IMG/VR virus record: IMGVR_UViG_3300017991_000084
Location: 1 to 26,829 of that record
Source: a virus
Taxonomy: Duplodnaviria; Heunggongvirae; Uroviricota; Caudoviricetes
DNA: 26,829 bases
Reading direction: 5' to 3' (one strand)
In this document: positions 17,465 to 24,730 of the stretch, piece by piece
How the letters are laid out: each line of letters starts with the position of its first letter
Position numbering within the stretch: position 1 is the stretch's first letter
Notes under the pieces: model-generated
What the model was told of the DNA's origin: nothing
What the model saw: the letters and a program-made list of their open reading frames with translations, nothing else
Databases searched by the model: none
Program-made: the position numbers and the translations under genes

Positions 17465-17538
17465 TCTCTGTGGCTGGATTCGAACCAGCGACTTCTCGGC
17501 CCCAAACCGAGCGACATACCAAGCTTGCCTACACAGAG
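17465..17538 (-). tRNA. trnP: tRNA-Pro(TGG), canonical loop
   Basis: CTCTGTG/CACAGAG with A73; loop TT-TGG-GG. Confidence 0.92.
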
Positions 17539-17645
17539 CCTATGTATCCTTCCCGAACAAGCTCGTCCCATTTCCGTTCGACAGAAAAATGGCGATACTC
17601 GATCAAGCAGTGATCGAACCCAGCCGGATACTCAGCTGGCACCAA

Positions 17646-17716
17646 CAGATCCTCAAAGATTCGAACTCTGACCCTACGGGTTGGAACCGCAGATGCTACC
17701 GTTACACCAAGGACCT
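17646..17716 (-). tRNA. trnW: tRNA-Trp(CCA)
   Basis: AGGTCCT/AGGATCT with G73; loop TT-CCA-AC. Confidence 0.9.
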
Positions 17717-17805
17717 GTGTATTCACTTTTCAAATCAGAGTAACCTAATCAGCCGTCCCCAGTCCACCACTGGTCACCAACCTTTCGGTTACTCCCTAGG
17801 TGGAA

Positions 17806-17878
17806 TCGGAACACCTGGGATCGAACCAGGAATCTCGCGGTTATCGGCCGCGCGCTCTACCAGTTGAGCCATGCTCCG
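17806..17878 (-). tRNA. trnI: tRNA-Ile(GAT), atypical loop CC-GAT-AA
   Basis: CGGAGCA/TGTTCCG with A73; D-arm GCTC/GAGC; anticodon stem CGCGG/CCGCG. Confidence 0.88.
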
Positions 17879-17886
17879 TCACATAA

Positions 17887-17915
17887 AGTATACACTCAAC
17901 TACGCATGGATGCAA
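17887..17915 (-). promoter_or_regulatory. Sigma70-like promoter for the tRNA/NAD-salvage cluster
   Basis: TTGCAT-N17-TATACT, ending 8 nt before the first tRNA. Confidence 0.8.
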
Positions 17916-17926
17916 GAAAAGTTCGC

Positions 17927-18334
17927 CTATTTCTCAGATTTTGCCAATAATCTATCGATTACGGGCCTCAAACGAGGAATATCATCCACTGTCTCACAGT
18001 AGACCACCGGAATCCCGGCCTCAATCGCTGCATCGATCTCACGCTTCATCCCACCTGAAATGTAACTCTCAGGGGCAAAGATCACGATGAAGTCACGCTT
18101 CTTGAGGATGATGATATCCGTCTTCAAGACCACGTCCTCAGACAGATCGTGCTCAAAGAACGCAGTCATGACAAACTCATTGTGCTCTGCTGGCACATAG
18201 AAATCCACCTCTGGGAACGCTACCCGAAGCTGCTTAGCGAACTCAATAGCCAGCTGCATGTTGGCCAGCTCATCATCCTTTGTCGCCTTTGCGCCCAACG
18301 AACCACGGATCGGATGACTCACATACACTCTCAT
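17927..18334 (-). CDS. Nucleoside 2-deoxyribosyltransferase-like (DUF4406-type) Rossmann protein
   Basis: VYVSHPIRG...DIIILKKRDFIVIF....SGGMKREIDAAIEAGIPV follows the NDT-like pattern (S.G...E...A...GIPV). Confidence 0.7.
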   Translation of the reverse strand: MRVYVSHPIRGSLGAKATKDDELANMQLAIEFAKQLRVAFPEVDFYVPAEHNEFVMTAFFEHDLSEDVVLKTDIIILKKRDFIVIFAPESYISGGMKREIDAAIEAGIPVVYCETVDDIPRLRPVIDRLLAKSEK

Positions 18335-18336
18335 CG

Positions 18337-18636
18337 TCACTCCTCCTCATTCAAACAGTAGCGACACATCTCCTCAACATCACACCAGCAACATGGTCCC
18401 ACCATGGCGAAGCACTTCGGACACTCTGTAGTCGGATCGTAAGAGAAGATCTCAGCCCCACACCCATCACACAGATCATTTTCCTCAGCCTCCGCTGTGC
18501 AATCCGCACACAACATATCACCACTGAGGCACGCCGAACACAGATCGATCCCACACTCAGAGCATGACTCAGCCTCCCTCAACAGGATCTCATCTCCACA
18601 GTCATTGCAGACTGTCATCACATCGCCGTCCATCAT
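18337..18636 (-). CDS. Cys-rich multi-zinc-finger protein
   Basis: Repeated CxxC pairs (CNDC, CSEC, CSAC, CADC, CDGC, CPKC, CRYC). Confidence 0.65.
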   Translation of the reverse strand: MMDGDVMTVCNDCGDEILLREAESCSECGIDLCSACLSGDMLCADCTAEAEENDLCDGCGAEIFSYDPTTECPKCFAMVGPCCWCDVEEMCRYCLNEEE

Positions 18637-18878
18637 ATCTCCTCTGTTTGAAAATGCGGATAACCGGGACCATATGTCACATCATAAGACTTGAACCCGT
18701 CTGTCACTCGAAACTGCACTGCCCCATGATTCACCATCTCTTCTGTAGTACGATCCTCTGCCATAACACCCGCACCAAGCTCCTCCAGAACCTCCACCAT
18801 CTCAGCGCGCAATTCTTTCGTATTATTCTCAAACAAGAATGGCTTTAACGCCATATGTATCATCTTCGGATCAATCAC
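18633..18878 (-). CDS. Hypothetical protein (81 aa)
   Basis: Coupled overlaps with both neighbours. Confidence 0.6.
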   Translation of the reverse strand: MIDPKMIHMALKPFLFENNTKELRAEMVEVLEELGAGVMAEDRTTEEMVNHGAVQFRVTDGFKSYDVTYGPGYPHFQTEEI

Positions 18879-19317
18879 GTTCCAACTCCCCTCTTTGCTT
18901 CTGCGCCACCTCTACCCACTCTTCCACAGAATAACCACGGCCCTCTTTCCCACGTCGCTCAGCCACCTCTTCGTCTGTCGGCAAGGGCAGGAAGTCCCAT
19001 GTCACGCGATAGGGCCTCCGTGTTTCAAATGCAAGCTGTTGTGTAAATAGAATCCGATCCTTTTTCTTCAAGAACAACACAGCATCATCCACCGCCACAT
19101 TGATCCCATGGTCCAGCCACTGTGATGTCGCCGCCAACATCACATTCCAAATCACACCTTCCGTCTTCGGATCATAGATGTATTTGTGATGGAAGATCGT
19201 CCGAAGTGCATCAGCCTCTACGATCACAGCCTCATGCTCTTCAGCCCATTTCCGGCACGCTGTAGACTTCCCGCTCGCCACAATCCCCACAGGGATGTAC
19301 AGTTCAAGGTCTTTCAT
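18871..19317 (-). CDS. P-loop kinase (AAA_33 / polynucleotide kinase-like)
   Basis: Walker A GIVASGKST, EADALR and VAVDD. Confidence 0.8.
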   Translation of the reverse strand: MKDLELYIPVGIVASGKSTACRKWAEEHEAVIVEADALRTIFHHKYIYDPKTEGVIWNVMLAATSQWLDHGINVAVDDAVLFLKKKDRILFTQQLAFETRRPYRVTWDFLPLPTDEEVAERRGKEGRGYSVEEWVEVAQKQRGELERD

Positions 19318-19736
19318 CTCTTCTCCTGAATCAACAGCTCTTGGCGCACCCGCATCAAAAGCCTTCCCAGCATGTTTTCTCCGACTCCTTCACAAACACC
19401 CCAGAACGTATCTCCCCAAGTATTGTCCTCCTGGATGTACTCCTCAATCCCTTTCAACCTCTCAGCCAATTCAGGATTGTAATAGAACTTCGCGCGCAGC
19501 AAAGAGAGCATAACATGGACTTTGATCTCCTCCCAATCCTCTCTCAGAGATAACTGACCACCCAAGCGCTTTGCCTCCCCTGGAGTCTCACACTCCAGAA
19601 TGAGATCCGCATACTTCAGATTCTTCGCAGCTTGATATGCATGCTCCACAGTAGGCCAGCGCCTGCACTCCCACCGAAAAGATGCGGCATAGAAGTTACT
19701 CAAGAATGCATAGTCACCGCGAAATCTCATCCCCAA
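19314..19736 (-). CDS. NADAR family protein (YbiA-like)
   Basis: FLSNFY, TVEHAYQAAK, AKRLG, DWEEIK..VM...LRAKF, NTWGDTFWGV and NMLGRLLMRVR. Confidence 0.92.
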   Translation of the reverse strand: MGMRFRGDYAFLSNFYAASFRWECRRWPTVEHAYQAAKNLKYADLILECETPGEAKRLGGQLSLREDWEEIKVHVMLSLLRAKFYYNPELAERLKGIEEYIQEDNTWGDTFWGVCEGVGENMLGRLLMRVRQELLIQEKR

Positions 19737-19926
19737 GCCTCCTCAATTCCTGTATTGATCTGCGACGAATCCGCTCAGCCTCCACATAGGATGGCTCACC
19801 AAATGGATCACCGCCAGATAGTAGAGCTGCGTCAATGTGAAACATCCGTGCTATCTGACGCTCCATCTCCTCGCGTACCTCGGCCAGATTCGTTAGAAAC
19901 TCTAATGGCTTCAGCTCTTCTTGCAC
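19714..19926 (-). CDS. Hypothetical protein (70 aa, GTG start)
   Basis: RBS GGAGG 9 nt upstream of the GTG. Confidence 0.5.
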   Translation of the reverse strand: MQEELKPLEFLTNLAEVREEMERQIARMFHIDAALLSGGDPFGEPSYVEAERIRRRSIQELRRLGDEISR

Positions 19927-20003
19927 GATTATACACCTCCAGAGGTACTAGACCTTTGAGCACTTGAATCCACCACCATTCCCAATCCATCGTCATCTCC
20001 TAA

Positions 20004-20078
20004 TGAGGGTGACAGGAATCGAACCTGCACCTTCTGGTTGGAAGCCAGATATGCTAGACCGTTAAACACCACACCCCC
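20004..20078 (-). tRNA. trnG: tRNA-Gly(TCC)
   Basis: GGGGGTG/CACCCTC with A73; anticodon stem TCTGG/CCAGA, loop CT-TCC-AA; GGTTCGATTCC. Confidence 0.88.
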
Positions 20079-20311
20079 TAGAACTTCACTGGATCAGTAC
20101 CTTCCCGATTCTTCCATCGGAGCACACAACCCATGCTACCCACGGTAGGAACACAGTGAATCACACCCTTGTCATCAAGGACTCGATGTGTGCTCCCACC
20201 CTTACGCAAGAACAACTTCTTCGGATTGTCAATCCGATAGATTCTACCGCCCCAGTCGTACTCACGCCACAGCTCATCTGTCAAGTCACCCACAAACATG
20301 TCCTCACTCAT
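20078..20311 (-). CDS. Conserved small phage protein (77 aa)
   Basis: Start MSEDMF (RBS AAGGAG). WREYDW...YRIDNPKKL...STHRVLD..GVIHCVP...LRW is a pattern recalled from large-phage hypotheticals. Confidence 0.65.
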   Translation of the reverse strand: MSEDMFVGDLTDELWREYDWGGRIYRIDNPKKLFLRKGGSTHRVLDDKGVIHCVPTVGSMGCVLRWKNREGTDPVKF

Positions 20312-20395
20312 CCTTTTTCTCCTTTCGACAGCGCGGCACAGGGACGATATGAACTGTCCCTGTGCCACCGCCTGTACTCTATCTCACACACAAAG

Positions 20396-20770
20396 TCACC
20401 TCTTTCTCTGTGACTCATCGGCCTGTCGCGCCACTGCTGCGTCTCGCTCCAAGCCCACCATCACCATCATGTAGTCCAGCTCGATCATCACCAGACGTAG
20501 ATCCCTATCGGTGGGATCTGTGCTTTCTTCCCACACACCCACGTCACTTTTCAAGAGACCGAGCCAGTTTCTGGTCTCCATAGACACCCATGGCTGCTCA
20601 AAAACCTTCTCACCCATCATCAGGATGCCCTTCTTCGCACCGAATATGCAGCACTTGTTCAGGGCTCCATTGACTTGTTCCATTTCATACGGAGAAGGAT
20701 CATGGATCACTTTCTGCGGAGCCTTATTCTCATCACCACAACTAGGGTCGATGGGTCCAAACAACATCAC
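20396..20770 (-). CDS. Hypothetical protein
   Basis: 124-aa ORF coupled to the upstream gene. Confidence 0.55.
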   Translation of the reverse strand: MMLFGPIDPSCGDENKAPQKVIHDPSPYEMEQVNGALNKCCIFGAKKGILMMGEKVFEQPWVSMETRNWLGLLKSDVGVWEESTDPTDRDLRLVMIELDYMMVMVGLERDAAVARQADESQRKR

Positions 20771-21063
20771 TTACCCTCCCACATATGATCCACACGCTCC
20801 GTCACCCGGTTCTTCTCCCGGAACACCATGTCCAGCACCTTAGCCCGATGCAAGAATGTAGCATTGTCATGCTGCCCAAGCTTCATCTGATGTGACTCCT
20901 CAGAATCCACCCCATACTCATGCAGTAGCGTGACATACTGAATAGTCAAATTCGCATTGTCCGCAATCTGCTCTGTAGACCTGATCACATCCACTAGCTT
21001 TTTTATAGAAAAGAGTAGCACAATGAACGCAACCACAATCACAACCGGCCCCAAAACTCCCAT
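20767..21063 (-). CDS. Hypothetical membrane-anchored protein
   Basis: N-terminal TM; RBS GGAG. Confidence 0.6.
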   Translation of the reverse strand: MGVLGPVVIVVAFIVLLFSIKKLVDVIRSTEQIADNANLTIQYVTLLHEYGVDSEESHQMKLGQHDNATFLHRAKVLDMVFREKNRVTERVDHMWEGK

Positions 21064-21106
21064 ACTACCACTCCTACGAACTCAAACGCACGATTGTTCA
21101 CCAAAA

Positions 21107-21403
21107 TCAGCGACTACGATGAATAGTCATCAATCGGTCATGTAACGCGCGCTCCATCCGACTCATGCACCCATAGGCGATTGACGCCTTGCCCACCAGC
21201 ACCACGATGAAGCCAGGAATCATCCCCAACTCAAAGAAAACCGCCCGGATGATGCCCCACACCACCGCCGAATTGTTGACACCCCAGTTCGTGACCGCTG
21301 CCATGATGCCACCATACAACATGACATAGATGCCCAGCCAGAACACCAGACCGATCCCACCCAGGATCAGCAACAAACCAAAAATCACAGCGAACTTTCT
21401 CAT
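21107..21403 (-). CDS. Hypothetical membrane protein (2-3 TM)
   Basis: Start MRKFAVIFG at 21403 (ATGA overlap); hydrophobic. Confidence 0.6.
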   Translation of the reverse strand: MRKFAVIFGLLLILGGIGLVFWLGIYVMLYGGIMAAVTNWGVNNSAVVWGIIRAVFFELGMIPGFIVVLVGKASIAYGCMSRMERALHDRLMTIHRSR

Positions 21404-21762
21404 TTTTCTTCTCCCACTGAATCGTCTTCGATTTCTCCGGGATTCCCGGAACGCTTCTCCCAACCCTCAGCCCAAGGACCATCTTCTTCCTCAGGCCCAC
21501 ATTCTGCATCGATCTTCTCCATTGTAGGACAGTGCTTCGGGATCACGAACGCCTCAAACCTGCGCCCCAACCCCTTCTCAGGCTGCTCTCGCAACGCTGG
21601 CACGAAGGTGAAATTGTTGAACCCCAACGGGATTCCACCACTGTAGACTGCCTGGAGATCATCCATGTAACGACCTCTGGCTCGCCCACAGTCGCACATC
21701 TTCCACTTCTTGTCTGTCAGACTGAAAACCCCATGACAGTGCGGACAATAGAGCAACTTCAT
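21400..21762 (-). CDS. Hypothetical Zn-binding protein
   Basis: CPHC...CDCG motifs; coupled ORF. Confidence 0.65.
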   Translation of the reverse strand: MKLLYCPHCHGVFSLTDKKWKMCDCGRARGRYMDDLQAVYSGGIPLGFNNFTFVPALREQPEKGLGRRFEAFVIPKHCPTMEKIDAECGPEEEDGPWAEGWEKRSGNPGEIEDDSVGEEK

Positions 21763-21962
21763 CGGCTACTCCTCGGCTTAAACTCCCAGGTAGCGGAGAA
21801 GGTGAAGCCCTCCCACGCATCCGGATCTCCACGATACGTCTCCTGCGCCCAGCCCACAGTCACTGAGTCAGGAACCACAGTCGCCTGCTTGTCAGCCCCG
21901 ATGCCCGCACAACCACATGCACCGAGCGCCACCAGAATCAGAACACACAGCAATCGTCTCAT
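21759..21962 (-). CDS. Small putative lipoprotein (67 aa)
   Basis: MRRLLCVLILVALGACGC signal with lipobox-like LGAC; RBS GAGGAG. Confidence 0.55.
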   Translation of the reverse strand: MRRLLCVLILVALGACGCAGIGADKQATVVPDSVTVGWAQETYRGDPDAWEGFTFSATWEFKPRSSR

Positions 21963-21972
21963 TTCATTCTCC

Positions 21973-22137
21973 TCACACGCTGTCAGGCACGCGCCCGACA
22001 ATTACAGGATTGACTTCCACCACATCGTACTTCGCTGCGCCACCAGTGGACCCGCAATGAAAATCCCAAATCAACGGAACACGAGAAAACCACTGCACGC
22101 ACTGCAACACACCATCAGCCACCAGTCCATACCACAT
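21973..22137 (-). CDS. Hypothetical protein (54 aa)
   Basis: Hand-read MWYGLVADGVLQCVQWFSRV...; it fills the gap exactly. Confidence 0.5.
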   Translation of the reverse strand: MWYGLVADGVLQCVQWFSRVPLIWDFHCGSTGGAAKYDVVEVNPVIVGRVPDSV

Positions 22138-22138
22138 C

Positions 22139-22411
22139 TCAATCTCCCAAGGATAAGAATGCTATGATCTCAACAGGCTGTGAACCATCCTTCACATGCT
22201 CCAACACGCCACTCTGTGTGTAGGCACTCAGAAGAATCTCAGGACTTTCCTCTTCCAACGCCTCTCCCACCATGCAGCGAACCTCATAGCACCACTTGCC
22301 GAAGCTGTAGCCAGCTGGGAGAGACTCAATTTTCTGGAAAAAAGCCTCAGATACCAGATGGAAGCAGTAGTCTCCACCGCCCAAGTCGCTCATAATCACG
22401 GCACACTTCAT
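22139..22411 (-). CDS. Hypothetical protein (90 aa)
   Basis: ATGA coupling with the upstream gene. Confidence 0.6.
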   Translation of the reverse strand: MKCAVIMSDLGGGDYCFHLVSEAFFQKIESLPAGYSFGKWCYEVRCMVGEALEEESPEILLSAYTQSGVLEHVKDGSQPVEIIAFLSLGD

Positions 22412-22644
22412 TTCTGCACCTCGATCTCACCTATCACCGTACCATTAGGGTCCAGGAGCCTCCGTATGCCCTCCTGCTCCACGATCTCCCACTGAGGGAC
22501 CTCCGGTGCCCCCTCCTTCAACTCGTACCGCTTAGGCGAGCTATGGAGCCCCATACGGCATTGTATTGATCCGATAGACAGCACCAGCAGGGTTATCGCC
22601 ACACCCAGAAGGATCGTACCCGGAGTATTCTCATCCAGCTTCAT
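22408..22644 (-). CDS. Small membrane-anchored protein (78 aa)
   Basis: Start MKLDENTPG at 22644 (ATGA overlap); one TM. Confidence 0.6.
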   Translation of the reverse strand: MKLDENTPGTILLGVAITLLVLSIGSIQCRMGLHSSPKRYELKEGAPEVPQWEIVEQEGIRRLLDPNGTVIGEIEVQK

Positions 22645-22847
22645 CGGTTCCCTTTCAGAAAAGCCCCAATCCGCTTCAGAAACCGGCCCACGGCCTTCAG
22701 AGCACCACCGATCACCGTAAACACAATCCATGCCACAAACGCTAACACCGCAGCACACAAAGCCAGCAGAAACGCTGCCATCGGAAGGGCATACGGCAAC
22801 ACGGCCAGAATCACAATCACCAACAAGATACCCCACAGAATCGCCAT
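22641..22847 (-). CDS. Small 2-TM membrane protein (68 aa)
   Basis: Start MAILWG (RBS GAGGAG); hydrophobic with a basic tail. Confidence 0.6.
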   Translation of the reverse strand: MAILWGILLVIVILAVLPYALPMAAFLLALCAAVLAFVAWIVFTVIGGALKAVGRFLKRIGAFLKGNR

Positions 22848-22858
22848 CTCACATCTCC

Positions 22859-23386
22859 TCAACGCACAGGTTTCGGACGAGGAATGCCATTCCGCTCACC
22901 GATGGCTTCCACCGCCTCTTTGGCTTCCTTCAGGCCCGCATGTGTGGCCTCACGATACAACTTGATTGCCGGAATCTTGCGCCCACTTCTCAGCTCCGCA
23001 AGAATCCGCTCCTCCAGATCCGAAGTCAGATTGAGGAAGAAATTCCCCAGTCCCGCTCTCTTTACCGCACTCACAAATTCCTTGGGATTCGTCGCAATCA
23101 GATGCATGAGCAACAAAGAGATTGCCGACTGACTGACCTGACCTGATGTAATCGCATGGTAGACACCGAGCGACTGGTTCTGGGCAATTCGGTTCTCCTG
23201 GATAATGCCCATATCCTCAGCCCTTCGCTCCAGTGAAATCAGACGCCTATCCAAATCAACCAGATTACAGCGTGCTGTCTCCAGAGCACTCTGCGCCGAC
23301 GCTCGCTCTGCATTCGCCACGTGCAGCTCCTTCTCCAACTCCACAATCCGATCTTTCAACTGCTGTTTCGTAGGCTGATTAGCCAT
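22859..23386 (-). CDS. Coiled-coil protein with C-terminal ribosomal protein bL12 (L7/L12) CTD-like domain
   Basis: GRKIPAIKLYREATHAGLKEAKEAVEAI matches the bL12 CTD pattern (KI.vIK.vR..tGlGLKEAK..VE). Start MANQPT (RBS GAGGAG). Confidence 0.8.
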   Translation of the reverse strand: MANQPTKQQLKDRIVELEKELHVANAERASAQSALETARCNLVDLDRRLISLERRAEDMGIIQENRIAQNQSLGVYHAITSGQVSQSAISLLLMHLIATNPKEFVSAVKRAGLGNFFLNLTSDLEERILAELRSGRKIPAIKLYREATHAGLKEAKEAVEAIGERNGIPRPKPVR

Positions 23387-23543
23387 CTTCATTCTCCTCA
23401 GGGTAGGTAAGGTCGGTGAAGATCCCAACAAAGGTATCTCCAAGATGAGCCTTGTTCGCTTGACAGATGAAGATCGCTCCATACCTGTCAGCGTTGGCCC
23501 CACACACTGTACACCGTACTGCGTTTTCTACGACCTCTTCCAT
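23379..23543 (-). CDS. Small Zn-finger-like protein (54 aa)
   Basis: Hand-read MEEVVENAVRCTVCGANADRYGAIFICQANKAH...; RBS GGAG. Confidence 0.55.
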   Translation of the reverse strand: MEEVVENAVRCTVCGANADRYGAIFICQANKAHLGDTFVGIFTDLTYPEENEDG

Positions 23544-23567
23544 CGTCTCTCCAAAGCATACACCAAA

Positions 23568-23888
23568 TCAGCTGTGTTGCAAATACTTTTCCAGCCGATC
23601 CAGCAATTTCTCTGTCGGTATGATTGTCGCCCGTCCCTGGAACTCACTCTCCACGAAGTAGCCATCTTGCTTCAGCTCCACACAAGCCTCTCCATTTTTG
23701 ATCAGCCCTGTGCCAGAATCAGGATACAATGTGCAGAACGAAAAAGCCGAACCATGCCTCTCCAGATTAGTCTTACACGCCTGGATGGTCTGAGCCACCA
23801 TAACCTCCTTCTCACAGGAACCCATGAAACTCATCAAATCCCACCCTGTCTTGACCTTCTCCGCGATAGCCAGTATCCGCTCACGCAT
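23568..23888 (-). CDS. Hypothetical protein (106 aa)
   Basis: TGATG coupling with the upstream gene. Confidence 0.6.
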   Translation of the reverse strand: MRERILAIAEKVKTGWDLMSFMGSCEKEVMVAQTIQACKTNLERHGSAFSFCTLYPDSGTGLIKNGEACVELKQDGYFVESEFQGRATIIPTEKLLDRLEKYLQHS

Positions 23889-24100
23889 CAGTCCGTCTCC
23901 CGATTCTGCCCATCTGCCAGAGGATCGTCATCGTACCACTCGTCCTCCGGATAGTCCTCTGCCACTTGTCGGCACAGCTCAATGAAACGCGCCCGCTCAC
24001 GGTCCTCAGCTTCACTCATCTTATCATCATCCAGATGACTGATGCAATCCTCCATGTCCTGAATCGTGTTGTGAAATCGATAGTAGACTACACTACCCAT
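23888..24100 (-). CDS. Conserved small phage protein (YxRFxNT motif)
   Basis: MGSVVYYRFHNTIQDMEDC resembles the recalled M.NMSYCRF.NTL.DL.DC phage family; RBS GAGGAG. Confidence 0.65.
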   Translation of the reverse strand: MGSVVYYRFHNTIQDMEDCISHLDDDKMSEAEDRERARFIELCRQVAEDYPEDEWYDDDPLADGQNRETD

Positions 24101-24362
24101 TGGGAATCTCCTCATCAGTGAACATCGGACGATAGAATGCCTCCGGGCAATTCTCATCGATCCACCTCACCACCGTGTGCCGCACACCCATCCAGATCGC
24201 CACAATCATCTGAGGAGGATATGCCGTTAGCGGCTCCTGCCACACCTTGTCCTCGATCTCCGGATGAGTCTCCTTGTAGATCTTCATCACGGCATCCACG
24301 TTCTTGTCAGGCCACAAACCATGCTCGGCCAACAACGTTCGAATCTTCTGCTCAACGGTCAT
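24093..24362 (-). CDS. Hypothetical protein (89 aa)
   Basis: Start MTVEQKIR with RBS GGAG. Confidence 0.6.
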   Translation of the reverse strand: MTVEQKIRTLLAEHGLWPDKNVDAVMKIYKETHPEIEDKVWQEPLTAYPPQMIVAIWMGVRHTVVRWIDENCPEAFYRPMFTDEEIPNG

Positions 24363-24730
24363 ACGCTCATTCTCCAAAAAGGTTCGTTGGCACATGCAAG
24401 GAAACCGCAAACACCTAATAACCCACCCACCTCACCTATAAAGGCAAGATGACGGCGAGACCAGCTTTTAGGTCCCGCTTTGGCCCGCGACAGCCCGACC
24501 GATTTAGGAGCTACCTCGCGTAGTAGAACTCTCCCTTTGTCGGCCCTGAGCCTGCGACTTCCCTGCACATACCAAAGAACATTCCGCTGATGGCAACTAG
24601 GTCCCTTCACCCACGCCCGTACTTTCGAGCTTCCCACCGCAACGCGACTTCGAGTCCGTCCACGGTAACCAAGCAGTGACCCCACACTGCCGAAGCTCGC
24701 CACCAACTACCCACGCCGCAACCATTATCG
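24363..24730 (-). ncRNA. Candidate large structured RNA in the largest intergenic gap
   Basis: Several nested helices found by eye; no credible coupled ORF. Confidence 0.35.

Noticed and set aside
17529-17726. 65-aa ORF across tRNA-Trp
   Set aside because: It runs through a complete tRNA gene; only the intergenic part is kept as a weak lead.
24359-24706. 115-aa ORF in the large gap (also 24607-24819)
   Set aside because: No convincing RBS, no coupling to the upstream gene, and an R/G/S/V-rich composition unlike the real genes; the region looks more like structured RNA. Not formally excluded.
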